Assembly (NCBI GenBank): GCA_965197925.1 | Contig: CBDAOC010000016.1 | Span: 32,001 to 96,000, forward strand | DNA from: Nitrososphaerales archaeon | Lineage (GTDB): Archaea > Thermoproteota > Nitrososphaeria > Nitrososphaerales > UBA213 | Reading direction: 5' to 3' | Length of the DNA: 64,000 nt | In this document: in pieces, positions 20,515-29,603 of the stretch | How positions within the stretch are numbered: position 1 is the first letter of the stretch | Layout of the letters: each line of letters begins with the position of its first letter | The notes under the pieces: model-generated | What the model saw: only the letters and a program-made list of their open reading frames with translations | The model's database searches: none | What the model was told of the DNA's origin: nothing | Program-made: the position numbers and the translations under genes

Positions 20515-21063
20515 CCTATCTCCAAAAGAAATACGGAACAAATGGTATATTGCATTAGAAAGTGGATTTTTTATACCAACTGAACACCATCTACGTGTAC
20601 TTGTACTAGGAACCAAATACGAATACAGACACTCCGCAATAGGAGTACTCTGCGCCGTAAGTAAATTAGGTGAATTCTTACCAGAACCTACAGAACACAC
20701 AAACGGTAGACAGAAAGACAGTATAAAGCACATATTTCACCTATTCAACGGCAGAGATTTAAAAGCAGCTAACACAAAGTATAAAGAATACGAATTCAGA
20801 AATGCCCCTGCAAGTTTATTACGAGACTTAGGAATAGCTAAATACAGATGGGAAATAAACCATGTATCATCACAACATATATTTGCATATAGTAACATAC
20901 CTATAGAAATAAAAAATGAAATAGATTTGATCCAAACATATGGAAGATACAACTTCTCTATAGACAATATAATGACCAACACAGCTATACCACAGAGCAG
21001 AAAATTTCCTATACTAGGACAACTACTAAGAACAGTAGAAAAGAAATTTGCTGATTAATAAAC

Positions 21064-21537
21064 TTGCCTCAAAGAAAGAGAAGACGACCTTACAAGAAAC
21101 GCAATACAGTAGAGAAACAATTTCAAGAAGAAGTTATAGCCATAGGTAGAAATTACCAATGGCTAATGTATAGCGTACCAGATAGCCGATTAGCAACCGC
21201 TAAAGGCTACATAGATTTAACAATGCTGCATCCAGAGAAACAACTACTCATGGGTGCAGAGTTAAAAGCTCCTAAAGGTAAACTAACCAAAGAGCAAATA
21301 GTATGGATGACAGTATTATCACAATACTATCCAGTACACTTATGGAAACCGGAACACCTAGACACTATACAATATATGCTAAGACATGGTATAGTAACAG
21401 GTGATACACAGTATCCACCAAGCCGGTGTGGCGAAACGGCAGACGCGCTAGCCTTAGAAGCTAGTCTCGAAAGGGGTGTAGGTTCGACTCCTATCACCGG
21501 CACCAATTTTTCCCCCAAATTATTCTTCCTATCGTAA
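21064..21537 (+). CDS. VRR-NUC-like nuclease
   Basis: EKQFQ, GYIDL, AELKAPKGKLTKEQ; reading frame runs through tRNA-Leu. Confidence 0.75.
   Translation: MPQRKRRRPYKKRNTVEKQFQEEVIAIGRNYQWLMYSVPDSRLATAKGYIDLTMLHPEKQLLMGAELKAPKGKLTKEQIVWMTVLSQYYPVHLWKPEHLDTIQYMLRHGIVTGDTQYPPSRCGETADALALEASLERGVGSTPITGTNFSPKLFFLS
21422..21505 (+). tRNA. tRNA-Leu(TAG)
   Basis: CTAGC-CTTAGAA-GCTAG, long variable arm, ACCA. Confidence 0.93.
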
Positions 21538-21583
21538 ACTACGGTGGTCAATATAGGATATACAATAAACTTAGTAAAGAAAC

Positions 21584-22078
21584 ATGAAAGCACTAAAACT
21601 TATAAGAAACATAGGAATGTCAGTTGTAGGCGTAGCGGCAATTGCAGGTATCATAACCTTCAGTGCTGTACACAGTAACAATACTGTAAACGCACACGGC
21701 CCTGATCCTACTACTCCTCCAGTAATGGCCGGAGATCTAGCTCCTGACACACCAGTAGTACCAGTTGCACCTAAAGTAATGCCTGCCCCCGCCGCAGAAC
21801 TTACTATGGAACAGCAACTAGAAAATGACATGCGCGAAATATTTAATTCCAAGGGATTTAATAACAATTCTGTAATGTGTGAATATTCAGAAGGTAACGC
21901 ATCAGCTTCAATGGCTGCAATGTTACTAGCAACTGGTGAATCTTCATATAACGGACTAGACAATACAGCAGATCGCTGGACAGATGCTATGTCCGCAGAA
22001 CTATCATCACACGCTGAAGTAGCTATATGTGCAGGCTCAGCCAGCAAGCATAGCGTTTCAGGCATGTCTTTTAATTAA
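21584..22078 (+). CDS. secreted or membrane-anchored hypothetical protein
   Basis: N-terminal hydrophobic segment followed by a Pro-rich linker. Confidence 0.6.
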   Translation: MKALKLIRNIGMSVVGVAAIAGIITFSAVHSNNTVNAHGPDPTTPPVMAGDLAPDTPVVPVAPKVMPAPAAELTMEQQLENDMREIFNSKGFNNNSVMCEYSEGNASASMAAMLLATGESSYNGLDNTADRWTDAMSAELSSHAEVAICAGSASKHSVSGMSFN

Positions 22079-22087
22079 AAGCAAAAC

Positions 22088-22172
22088 ATAAGGGTCGAAT
22101 GAGAATACATTATTGAATACAGAAGAGAATTTTGTTCCGCAAAACCTTGTATTTTCCTTGACTTACCCTTAT
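22088..22172 (+). ncRNA. Y-RNA-like gene Y5
   Basis: ATAAGGGT-CGAA...CATTATT...ACTT-ACCCTTAT. Confidence 0.65.
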
Positions 22173-22186
22173 AATAGATCACACAT

Positions 22187-22262
22187 GGTGTTCGTAGTGT
22201 AATGGTTAACACGCTTGGCTGTGACCCAGGTAGTACGGGTTCAAATCCCGCCGATCACCCCA
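22187..22262 (+). tRNA. tRNA-His(GTG)
   Basis: G-1, CTGTGAC loop, CCCA end. Confidence 0.93.
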
Positions 22263-22336
22263 GGGGGCTTGGTATAATGAGATTACTTTGCTCTTGCACA
22301 GCAACAATATGGGTTTGACTCCCATAGCCTCCACCA
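22263..22336 (+). tRNA. tRNA-Ala(TGC)
   Basis: G3:U70, CTTGCAC loop, ACCA. Confidence 0.88.
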
Positions 22337-22557
22337 ATATTTAAAATGGAATTAACAGAAACACTTAAAAATAAAATAGATAAATCATCATATGAAACTC
22401 TTCTAAGACAATGGAGAATGTCTCCAATAGGATCCAGCCTATTTCAAGGAGAATCCGGAGAATACTTTAGAGAAACTATGATAGAAAAGAAAAACGAACT
22501 CCCTGACAATGGTGTTGCGGCTAGCAAAGCAATTGGATGGGAACGATAACACACCGT

Positions 22558-22631
22558 CTGGGTGTCGTATAACGGTAGTATATTTGCTTTGGAAGCATAA
22601 GGCGAGAGTTCAATTCTCTCTTCCCAGACCA
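22558..22631 (+). tRNA. tRNA-Pro(TGG)
   Basis: C1:G72, TTTGGAA loop, ACCA. Confidence 0.85.
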
Positions 22632-22718
22632 CAATGAGTCGAAGATTTTGGGTTATTTACTTAATCACCAACTCTTGAATTTGATACATTCAACCCATTA
22701 TCAATCCTTACTCATTGT
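22631..22718 (+). ncRNA. Y-RNA-like gene Y6
   Basis: ACAATGAGT-CGAAG...GGGTTATT...CTT-ACTCATTGT; starts at the CCA of tRNA-Pro. Confidence 0.7.
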
Positions 22719-23034
22719 GACTACTAAAAGAGAGCACTCATGGCTTGGACACGACAATTACTTTTCGTTACAGTAGGTGAAGAAGTACAATCTTCATTTA
22801 TAAATAAAATAATAGGTAACATAAATGAAGATGATGTTGCCAAAGTATCTGCTGCTGGAGATTTAATAGTCGCTACAGGACTAAACACAGGTGAAAAACT
22901 AGAAATAGGAGACGAAGGTGATCTACTAAAAAGTACAACATCATCTCCAAAAATAGAATGGGCTTCACCCACTCTATCAGGATCATTTGTAACTTGGTCA
23001 GATTTAAAAACTCACTTAGGAATTTAATATACAT

Positions 23035-23109
23035 GCATCAGTAACTCAGTGGAAGAGTATCGCTCTGATATAGCGAAGGCCGCTGGTTCGAGTCCAGCCT
23101 GATGTACCA
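23035..23109 (+). tRNA. tRNA-Ile(GAT)
   Basis: TCGCT-CTGATAT-AGCGA, ACCA. Confidence 0.93.
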
Positions 23110-23252
23110 TTACGAGTCGAAGATAATTGGTTAATTAAGGAATATTGTAAGAGTGTCTACGGGCATTGACAATTACTCTATACAAATGGTGTTGCACCTA
23201 TCACCTGTATAGTGACATTATAGGGCTTCTCAATTTCACAACTTACTCGCAA
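23110..23252 (+). ncRNA. Y-RNA-like gene Y7
   Basis: TTACGAGT-CGAAG...GGTTAATT...ACTT-ACTCGCAA; directly after tRNA-Ile. Confidence 0.65.
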
Positions 23253-23263
23253 TGAATTATTGC

Positions 23264-23339
23264 CCGTCGCTAGCTTAACAGGCAGAGCACAAGCCTCATA
23301 AGCTTGAGGGTCCCGGTTCAAATCCGGGGCGGCGCACCA
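23264..23339 (+). tRNA. tRNA-Met(CAT), possibly initiator-like
   Basis: CTCATAA loop, C1/C72 mismatch, ACCA; anticodon stem lacks the three consecutive G:C pairs. Confidence 0.85.
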
Positions 23340-23490
23340 AAGCCTTTTAGGACGTAGAAATTCGAGTGCGCACTTTAATTTCTATAAGAGAGTAAACGAA
23401 AGTATAACGCTAACACGAACTCTTAAATCATCATATGATGGCATGGATATACCATGCACTTGAGATGGACAAGTAATATTCCATCTTCAT

Positions 23491-23566
23491 GCAGGAATAA
23501 CTCAGCGGTTAGAGTTCCACTTTTACACAGTGGGGGCCGGGGGTTCGAATCCCTCTTCCTGTACCA
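23491..23566 (+). tRNA. tRNA-Val(TAC)
   Basis: CCACT-TTTACAC-AGTGG, ACCA. Confidence 0.93.
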
Positions 23567-23692
23567 TGTAGAGTCGATAGATATAGATTACTGCTTTCAA
23601 CAGAGAGGAGTGGGTTCGAGTCCCACTGCATCGTAAGATGTACAGTGTACAGGATGCACGCTTAAACCCTATGTCACCACTTACTCTACATG
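23565..23692 (+). ncRNA. YrlA-type Y RNA Y8 with tRNA-like domain
   Basis: CATGTAGAGT-CGA...CTT-ACTCTACATG; inside are a T arm GTGGG-TTCGAGT-CCCAC, a loop-closed acceptor TGCATC-GTAA-GATGTA and a D-like hairpin. Confidence 0.8.
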
Positions 23693-23696
23693 AATT

Positions 23697-23833
23697 GCTC
23701 CCCGTCTGATTTATTCAGACGGGTGTTTTAGGCGACACCCGAATGTGCTGGTATTCGGGTGGAGACGGCGATAGAGGGCAACCTCCGTCGCGCCGCCCAT
23801 CCAAGCTCGATGATGTGAAACTCTGGAGCACCA
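23697..23833 (+). ncRNA. GC-rich structured RNA candidate ending in ACCA
   Basis: Hairpins CCCGTCTGA/TCAGACGGG, CACCCGAAT/ATTCGGGTG, GAGG-GCAA-CCTC; GCTCC/GGAGC-ACCA ends. Confidence 0.45.
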
Positions 23834-23834
23834 T

Positions 23835-23911
23835 GCTAGGATAGCTCAGCCTGGTAGAGCATTACGCTGAAAACGTAGGTGTCGTTGGTCCAAATCCAAC
23901 TCCTAGCACCA
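23835..23911 (+). tRNA. tRNA-Phe(GAA)
   Basis: CTGAAAA loop, ACCA. Confidence 0.9.
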
Positions 23912-24380
23912 GACTTTTAAGATACTTACATCGTAACACTCGAGTATTATGTAAGTAGAGGAATACTCGTCGACTGCATTAAAATATAGCGCGAGTATAT
24001 TCTAAACAATACAGGGTGCCAACAATATAGTTGAGCACCCTGTAAGTGTAGAACGATAATAAAACTAATATGTAAATTACTAGGGCATAAATGGAAATCA
24101 TATCCCTACACTCACGCATACCCACCAACCCCAGGCCCTAGACGGCCTCTAAACAGGTATTGCGTTAGATGTGGAATAAATATAAAACATAAACAGCCCA
24201 AAACCCCAACATCACCACCATATACATTATAGTAGCCTAGCTTATAATATCTGCGCAGCTCTGTTATAAGTGAGTAAGAAGGGTCTCAAAAACTCCGTGA
24301 TCTCCCGTGAACTAGGGAAGTGAGGTAATAGAGAGACTGGTACGAGGATGCATAGCTACAATTGATCATCCTCACCTTGT

Positions 24381-24455
24381 GCGCCCGTAATTCAGTGGAA
24401 GAATAGTGGTCTTATATACCACCAGCCGTTGGTTCGAGTCCAACCGGGCGTACCA
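24381..24455 (+). tRNA. tRNA-Ile(TAT)
   Basis: GTGGT-CTTATAT-ACCAC, ACCA. Confidence 0.9.
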
Positions 24456-24937
24456 TTTAATTTAAACAGGAATTATGTTAAACACAATAAAAGATTTTCA
24501 AGACTTTTTAAAACAATTTGAAGACACTACACAAGTACGAATATACGTAGAAGTAGAAAATAGCTTATTCATGAGTAACTTATCAATTACCAATGGTACA
24601 ATAAAAGATAGAAACTCAGACGTACCATTCATAGTAGTATCTTTACCAGATTCTGCCATAAATTACATACACGAAAACATGTAACTAATGTTTACAGTAG
24701 AAGAAATGCGCGTATCAAATGCATTTATACAAATGATGCGGGATAAAAAAGTAACCCTTGAACTTGATCTAGAAACTGAAGACACTAATTATATCGAATT
24801 AGGTATAGTTTTTATATTTGATGACCCGAATGGCCCAGAAGAGTATAAAGTTGTAACAAAATATGATCATCATCAAGCTAAAGTAATAAGAGATACTTTA
24901 ACAGACTGGTTGTCTGACAACACAAAGTAAACAAACT

Positions 24938-25075
24938 AACTAGAGTCGACAGATTTAGGTTATTCGACTTGTAATCGGGCGGCCGTGGGTTCGAATCCCA
25001 CCCCTAGCTCCATATGCTAGGGTAGCTCAGCGGTAGAGCACCAAAACTACCCTATTTCACCAACTTACTCTAGTT
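24938..25075 (+). ncRNA. YrlA-type Y RNA Y9 containing a circularly permuted tRNA-Thr-like domain
   Basis: AACTAGAGT-CGAC...CTT-ACTCTAGTT; internal order is anticodon arm (TGT), T arm, CCCTAGC-TCCATAT-GCTAGGG, D arm. Confidence 0.85.
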
Positions 25076-25489
25076 CTTATTCATAAACATCAAAATGAGA
25101 TATTACATAGCGCATCTACATTGTGCATGTTTAAATCTAGCATACAGTGTAGACAGAAAAAATATATCAACTCTTCTACTTGATTTTCAACACTACATAA
25201 TACATCCAACAACATCAAGACAACATATAGAGGAACAGATAGATTATTACATAGAAAGAAAACATAGAATAGAGGTACTTTACCTATGATAGACTCTAGA
25301 TTAAATAACTTTATATCAAACATAAGTTTTATATGTAACAATATCTATAAAAGCTTACCATACAACTATAATGTACATGCAACGATGAGAATACTACTTC
25401 AAGCACAAGATTATATAATGCATCACTCAACAAACTACGTAAGTATATACGACACTATAGACGCCAGATACAACTAGTGTTACAATATA

Positions 25490-25588
25490 AAAATAGGACC
25501 GAAGCGTAAGGGTTATTGGTTTAATTAGGTTCGATCCCTAGCTGCTCACACGAGCATGGTTTCCCCTTAGCACACCTAGTCCTATTTT
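25490..25588 (+). ncRNA. Y-RNA-like gene Y10 with T-arm remnant
   Basis: AAAATAGGAC-CGAAG...GGTTATT...TAGG-TTCGATC-CCTA...CTA-GTCCTATTTT; TGTTACAAT extended -10 just upstream. Confidence 0.75.
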
Positions 25589-25720
25589 ATCTAGAGCCGA
25601 CGTTACTACATTATTGGATAAAAGTTCACATCGGTACATAAATGTATGTATCCACCTGAACAGAGAGGCTTCGAAACCTCCGCTCGAAAGAGTTTATGTA
25701 CAACAATACTAGTTCTAGAT
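25589..25720 (+). ncRNA. Y-RNA-like gene Y11 with T-arm remnant
   Basis: ATCTAGAGC-CGAC...CATTATT...GAGG-CTTCGAAA-CCTC...CTA-GTTCTAGAT. Confidence 0.7.
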
Positions 25721-25730
25721 ACAAAGATAC

Positions 25731-25806
25731 GGATGCGTAGTGTAGCGGCCAACATACTGCCCTGTCAAGGCATAGATCGCGGGTTCGAGTCCCGTCGCAA
25801 CCGCCA
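25731..25806 (+). tRNA. tRNA-Asp(GTC)
   Basis: CTGTCAA loop, GCCA. Confidence 0.9.
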
Positions 25807-26480
25807 TTAATATAGGAACATAAAACGAAGATACTAATACTTATATCTCTATTATTACTATTAGTAATAATATCTTGTGGAGAGACGCAACCAGTTAAAA
25901 ACCCAGACTATATATGGAACTCCAGTGATTCTATAAACAAATCTAAATTTGCATTCAACCTAGGATTTCGAGATTTAATAGTTAAATGTAAAAATAGACA
26001 TCAAACTATGTATATCGAACCTTATGGAATAGGACATACTTATACAATAGGTGGCCCAGGTATAGTTATAAAAACAAAAGGAGACTTTTGGTTAGGACTA
26101 GATCTATGGAAAACCTTCTGTGAAAAACAATAAACCACAATTATTTATATATAACCTAGAAAAAGTATCAAATAGAAACACGTGTCCCACATGTTATCAA
26201 GCAGATATAGCTATATATAAAATAGAACTACAAAATATGTCAACTAGCATTGACAATATGTGTGCTAAATGCACGGCACTATCTATCACAAATCTATTAA
26301 ACAAAAATAATCACTTCATACTTACACAGATCCATGAATAATTGCAACAGATACGAATGTCACATAAAAGGGTACTGTAACCACAAAAAATTAAATAACA
26401 AGTGGAAACGAATAGGTAATATGAACTTCGGACATAGAAAAACAATCGGAGACATGAGACCTACAGGAAAAGAATAATAT

Positions 26481-26555
26481 GCCGCCTTCGTATAACGGTT
26501 AGTACACAGCTCTTTCAAAGCTGCAACGCGGGTTCGACTCCCACAGGCGGTACCA
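26481..26555 (+). tRNA. tRNA-Glu(TTC)
   Basis: CAGCT-CTTTCAA-AGCTG, ACCA. Confidence 0.9.
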
Positions 26556-26952
26556 TTTAATGATACAACAACAAATGTTTCCTTTTAAATACAGCACAAA
26601 ATCCACACACACCTTCTGACAATCTACTCATAAATATTACATAGTAGTAGAGCAGCAACAAACACGGATAAGAAATCAATTAAAAGTACAAACATATAGA
26701 AACATTAGTCTTCTACTCGTACACACACAAATAGTAATAGAATCCTATTGCAGAAATTAACCGACATATATATATATTGATACACAGAGCACACTACCTA
26801 TATATAGACGATTGCTGCAAAGGAAACCTAACTTACAAGAAAAGCATAACTATATCAGAACTATTAATAAATATGTTTAAGTACGTCCCACATTTACCAC
26901 TAGCACAAAATGCTGCAATAACACCTAACGTTATATACACATAAGGAATCAA

Positions 26953-27432
26953 ATGACACCACAATTAAAGACTAAACTACAGACTCAGATAGGTAACGAA
27001 TTCGAAGCCGCAAATATGTACCTAGCTATGTCAAACTGGGCAGGTGTAGAAGGACTACCAGGATTTCAACATTGGCTAAGAAAACAGTACGAAGAAGAAC
27101 TAAGTCACGGACTTAAGCTTAATGATCACCTAGTAGACAGAGACATTAATCCAGTAATACCTAGCCACTACCCTATACATAACAAGTGGACAAGTGCATT
27201 AGACATAGCCGTCGCAGGCCTAACCGCAGAACGCGCTATGACTGTAGCACTAGAAGATTTATTTGCAGATGCATGGCTTACACGAGACTTTAAATCAGCA
27301 GTTATGCTACAATGGTTCATACAAGAACAGGTAGAAGAAGAAAAACTATTTACTGATCTTGTATACGCACTAGAAAATTGCGACAGCGGCAGCTTAATTC
27401 TATATGATATAGAGTTAGGTAAACGCAGTTAA
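26953..27432 (+). CDS. ftnA: ferritin
   Basis: EFEAANMYLAM, EELSH, LQWFIQEQVEEE ferroxidase motifs. Confidence 0.9.
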   Translation: MTPQLKTKLQTQIGNEFEAANMYLAMSNWAGVEGLPGFQHWLRKQYEEELSHGLKLNDHLVDRDINPVIPSHYPIHNKWTSALDIAVAGLTAERAMTVALEDLFADAWLTRDFKSAVMLQWFIQEQVEEEKLFTDLVYALENCDSGSLILYDIELGKRS

Positions 27433-27438
27433 CATCAA

Positions 27439-27513
27439 GCCGGTGTAGCTCAAAGGCAGAGCAAGTCCTTTGTAATGACTAGGTTGAGGGTTCGACTCCT
27501 TTCACCGGCTCCA
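27439..27513 (+). tRNA. tRNA-Thr(TGT)
   Basis: Anticodon TGT, G1-C72/C2-G71, U73-CCA. Confidence 0.9.
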
Positions 27514-28239
27514 TATAACATATGATATACAAACTTTTAATGACCACCTTATAAGGTGGTCATTCATCATTCTAGATACAAAGAACTTCAATGGCACGTA
27601 TATTTTATTTTACGTAGCACTTTAACCGCACCACCTAGTTTACTAGAAGTTAGTAAGGCACTACACTTTGAACGTATTGAAATAGAACGCCGCGTAGCAA
27701 GAGGCAACAAACTAATTTACATACAATAGCATATCATTGACAATTTAAAATACCAAACACTTGTACTACATACACGTTTTATATTACATACACATAGACT
27801 AACCCTTGCACCTTCTTTACTATTAATAAGCAAAGAAATACACATACAACATAATAGAAACAATAACCAAATAACGACAAAATGGCAGACCAATTTACCT
27901 CCAATGAAAAATGGCGTCAACTAGGCGACGACCCACAGATAACAGACTATATAAAGAATTTCGGTATACAGGCATACGAAACCAAATACTTGCCAGGCCG
28001 AATAACATATGGTCACGATTTAGTAGGAGACCCGTTAAAAAATCTAGCCGAAGAGACCAGCGATACCGTAGCATATATAGCTATGGCAATGGCTCAACAG
28101 CAAGAACTAATTACACAATGTAATGACAGTCGAAGCGTATTGAGTAGCATACTTACTATGCTAGACAGAATGACACCAAACAATTACCGTTTAACTAAAC
28201 TCAACATAAAAGAACTAATAGCTATACACTTAAATAATC

Positions 28240-28863
28240 ATGTCGACCTTACAGACACTTACCCAACAAATAAACGCATGTACTAAATGCCCCTTACACA
28301 CCACACGTACACATGCCGTACCTGGATACGGATCTAACCAACCGCATATACTGTTGATAGGAGAAGCTCCAGGCGCAGAAGAAGACGCTAGTGGATTGCC
28401 TTTCGTAGGTAGATCAGGGCAAGTACTGCAAGACATGTTCAGAAGATCGGGACTAACTAGAGAAATGGTTTACATAGCAAACACTGTAAAATGTAGACCA
28501 CCTGGAAACCGAGATCCTTTACCCGAAGAGAAGACAACCTGCGCTCCATATTTAGCGCAGCAAATAGAACTCTTAGATCCCACATTAATAGTTACTCTAG
28601 GCAGAGTATCCATGGAAAGATTCATAGTGGGAGAATCTATAACAAAGATACATGGAAAACTATATCGTAGTTTAATGCCAGATGAATTGATAACAAAAAC
28701 TGACAATAAAGTTACAAGACATGTATATCCTGTCTACCACCCATCTTACGCACTAAGACGCACTGAAAGCTACGAAGCCCTAGTAACAGATTTCACAGTA
28801 ATACCAGATATAATCAAACATCTAATAAGAGAAAACAATGCCCGCAGAGAAATTAGTAATTGA
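28240..28863 (+). CDS. udg: uracil-DNA glycosylase, family 4
   Basis: CTKCPL, IGEAPG, KCRPPGNR, YHPS. Confidence 0.93.
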   Translation: MSTLQTLTQQINACTKCPLHTTRTHAVPGYGSNQPHILLIGEAPGAEEDASGLPFVGRSGQVLQDMFRRSGLTREMVYIANTVKCRPPGNRDPLPEEKTTCAPYLAQQIELLDPTLIVTLGRVSMERFIVGESITKIHGKLYRSLMPDELITKTDNKVTRHVYPVYHPSYALRRTESYEALVTDFTVIPDIIKHLIRENNARREISN

Positions 28864-29030
28864 AATGATACAAGATAAAGAAACCGATAACAAGATGAGA
28901 TTCAAGGAACCTAATGCCTTACCCGGCAAGAACCTTCACAAGTCTCCAATTGGTACGCTTTATCTACCCAAGGATCCTTGGGGTAAGAAAACAAGAATAA
29001 GACTAACAGTCGAAGACATAAGTGAAGAAA

Positions 29031-29603
29031 ATGGTACTGAGTAATAGTAGCATGCAGCCCGCACTGCAACCATCTTCATCAAAACATATAGGAATGGACT
29101 ACCTAACAATTGAGCCTCTACTACCCCGCAGCATACAACCTGCAAGTGTAGACTTACACCTAGATAATAAAATTCTAGTAGAATTTGATAGATCTCAATT
29201 AATAACACCTGGCGTCACAACCCCAAACTACAGACATGTAGACATAACAGTACAACCATATATACTAGAACCAGGAGAATTTATACTAGGTAGCACTCTT
29301 GAAAAAGTAGGATTGAATAATTTAATAGCCGGAATAGTAGCAGGCAAAAGCTCTCTAGCAAGAGTAGGACTAACTGTTGCACCCGGATTTATTGATCCAG
29401 GTTTCCAAGGGAACATAACACTAGAAATATTTAACGCCTCTAACAATAGAATACGCTTGACGCATAAGATGGGTATCACCCAACTTGTAACATATATTCT
29501 AGCTGACCCAGCAACCAAAATATATGGCGACGAAGAACTTGGATCTAAATACCAGAACCAAGATGGCGTTACCATCTCCAGGAAGGATTTACCACCAACA
29601 TAA
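29031..29603 (+). CDS. dcd: dCTP deaminase
   Basis: IQPASVDL, GKSSLARVGL, IDPGFQGNITLE, KYQNQ. Confidence 0.92.
   Translation: MVLSNSSMQPALQPSSSKHIGMDYLTIEPLLPRSIQPASVDLHLDNKILVEFDRSQLITPGVTTPNYRHVDITVQPYILEPGEFILGSTLEKVGLNNLIAGIVAGKSSLARVGLTVAPGFIDPGFQGNITLEIFNASNNRIRLTHKMGITQLVTYILADPATKIYGDEELGSKYQNQDGVTISRKDLPPT

Noticed and set aside
23697..24380. tmRNA, SRP RNA or RNase P RNA
   Set aside because: I could not find their diagnostic motifs by eye; kept as unassigned structured RNA
24960..25012. Ordinary or truncated tRNA-Thr gene
   Set aside because: The D arm lies downstream of the acceptor and the whole is enclosed by the Y-type stem, so it is a permuted domain
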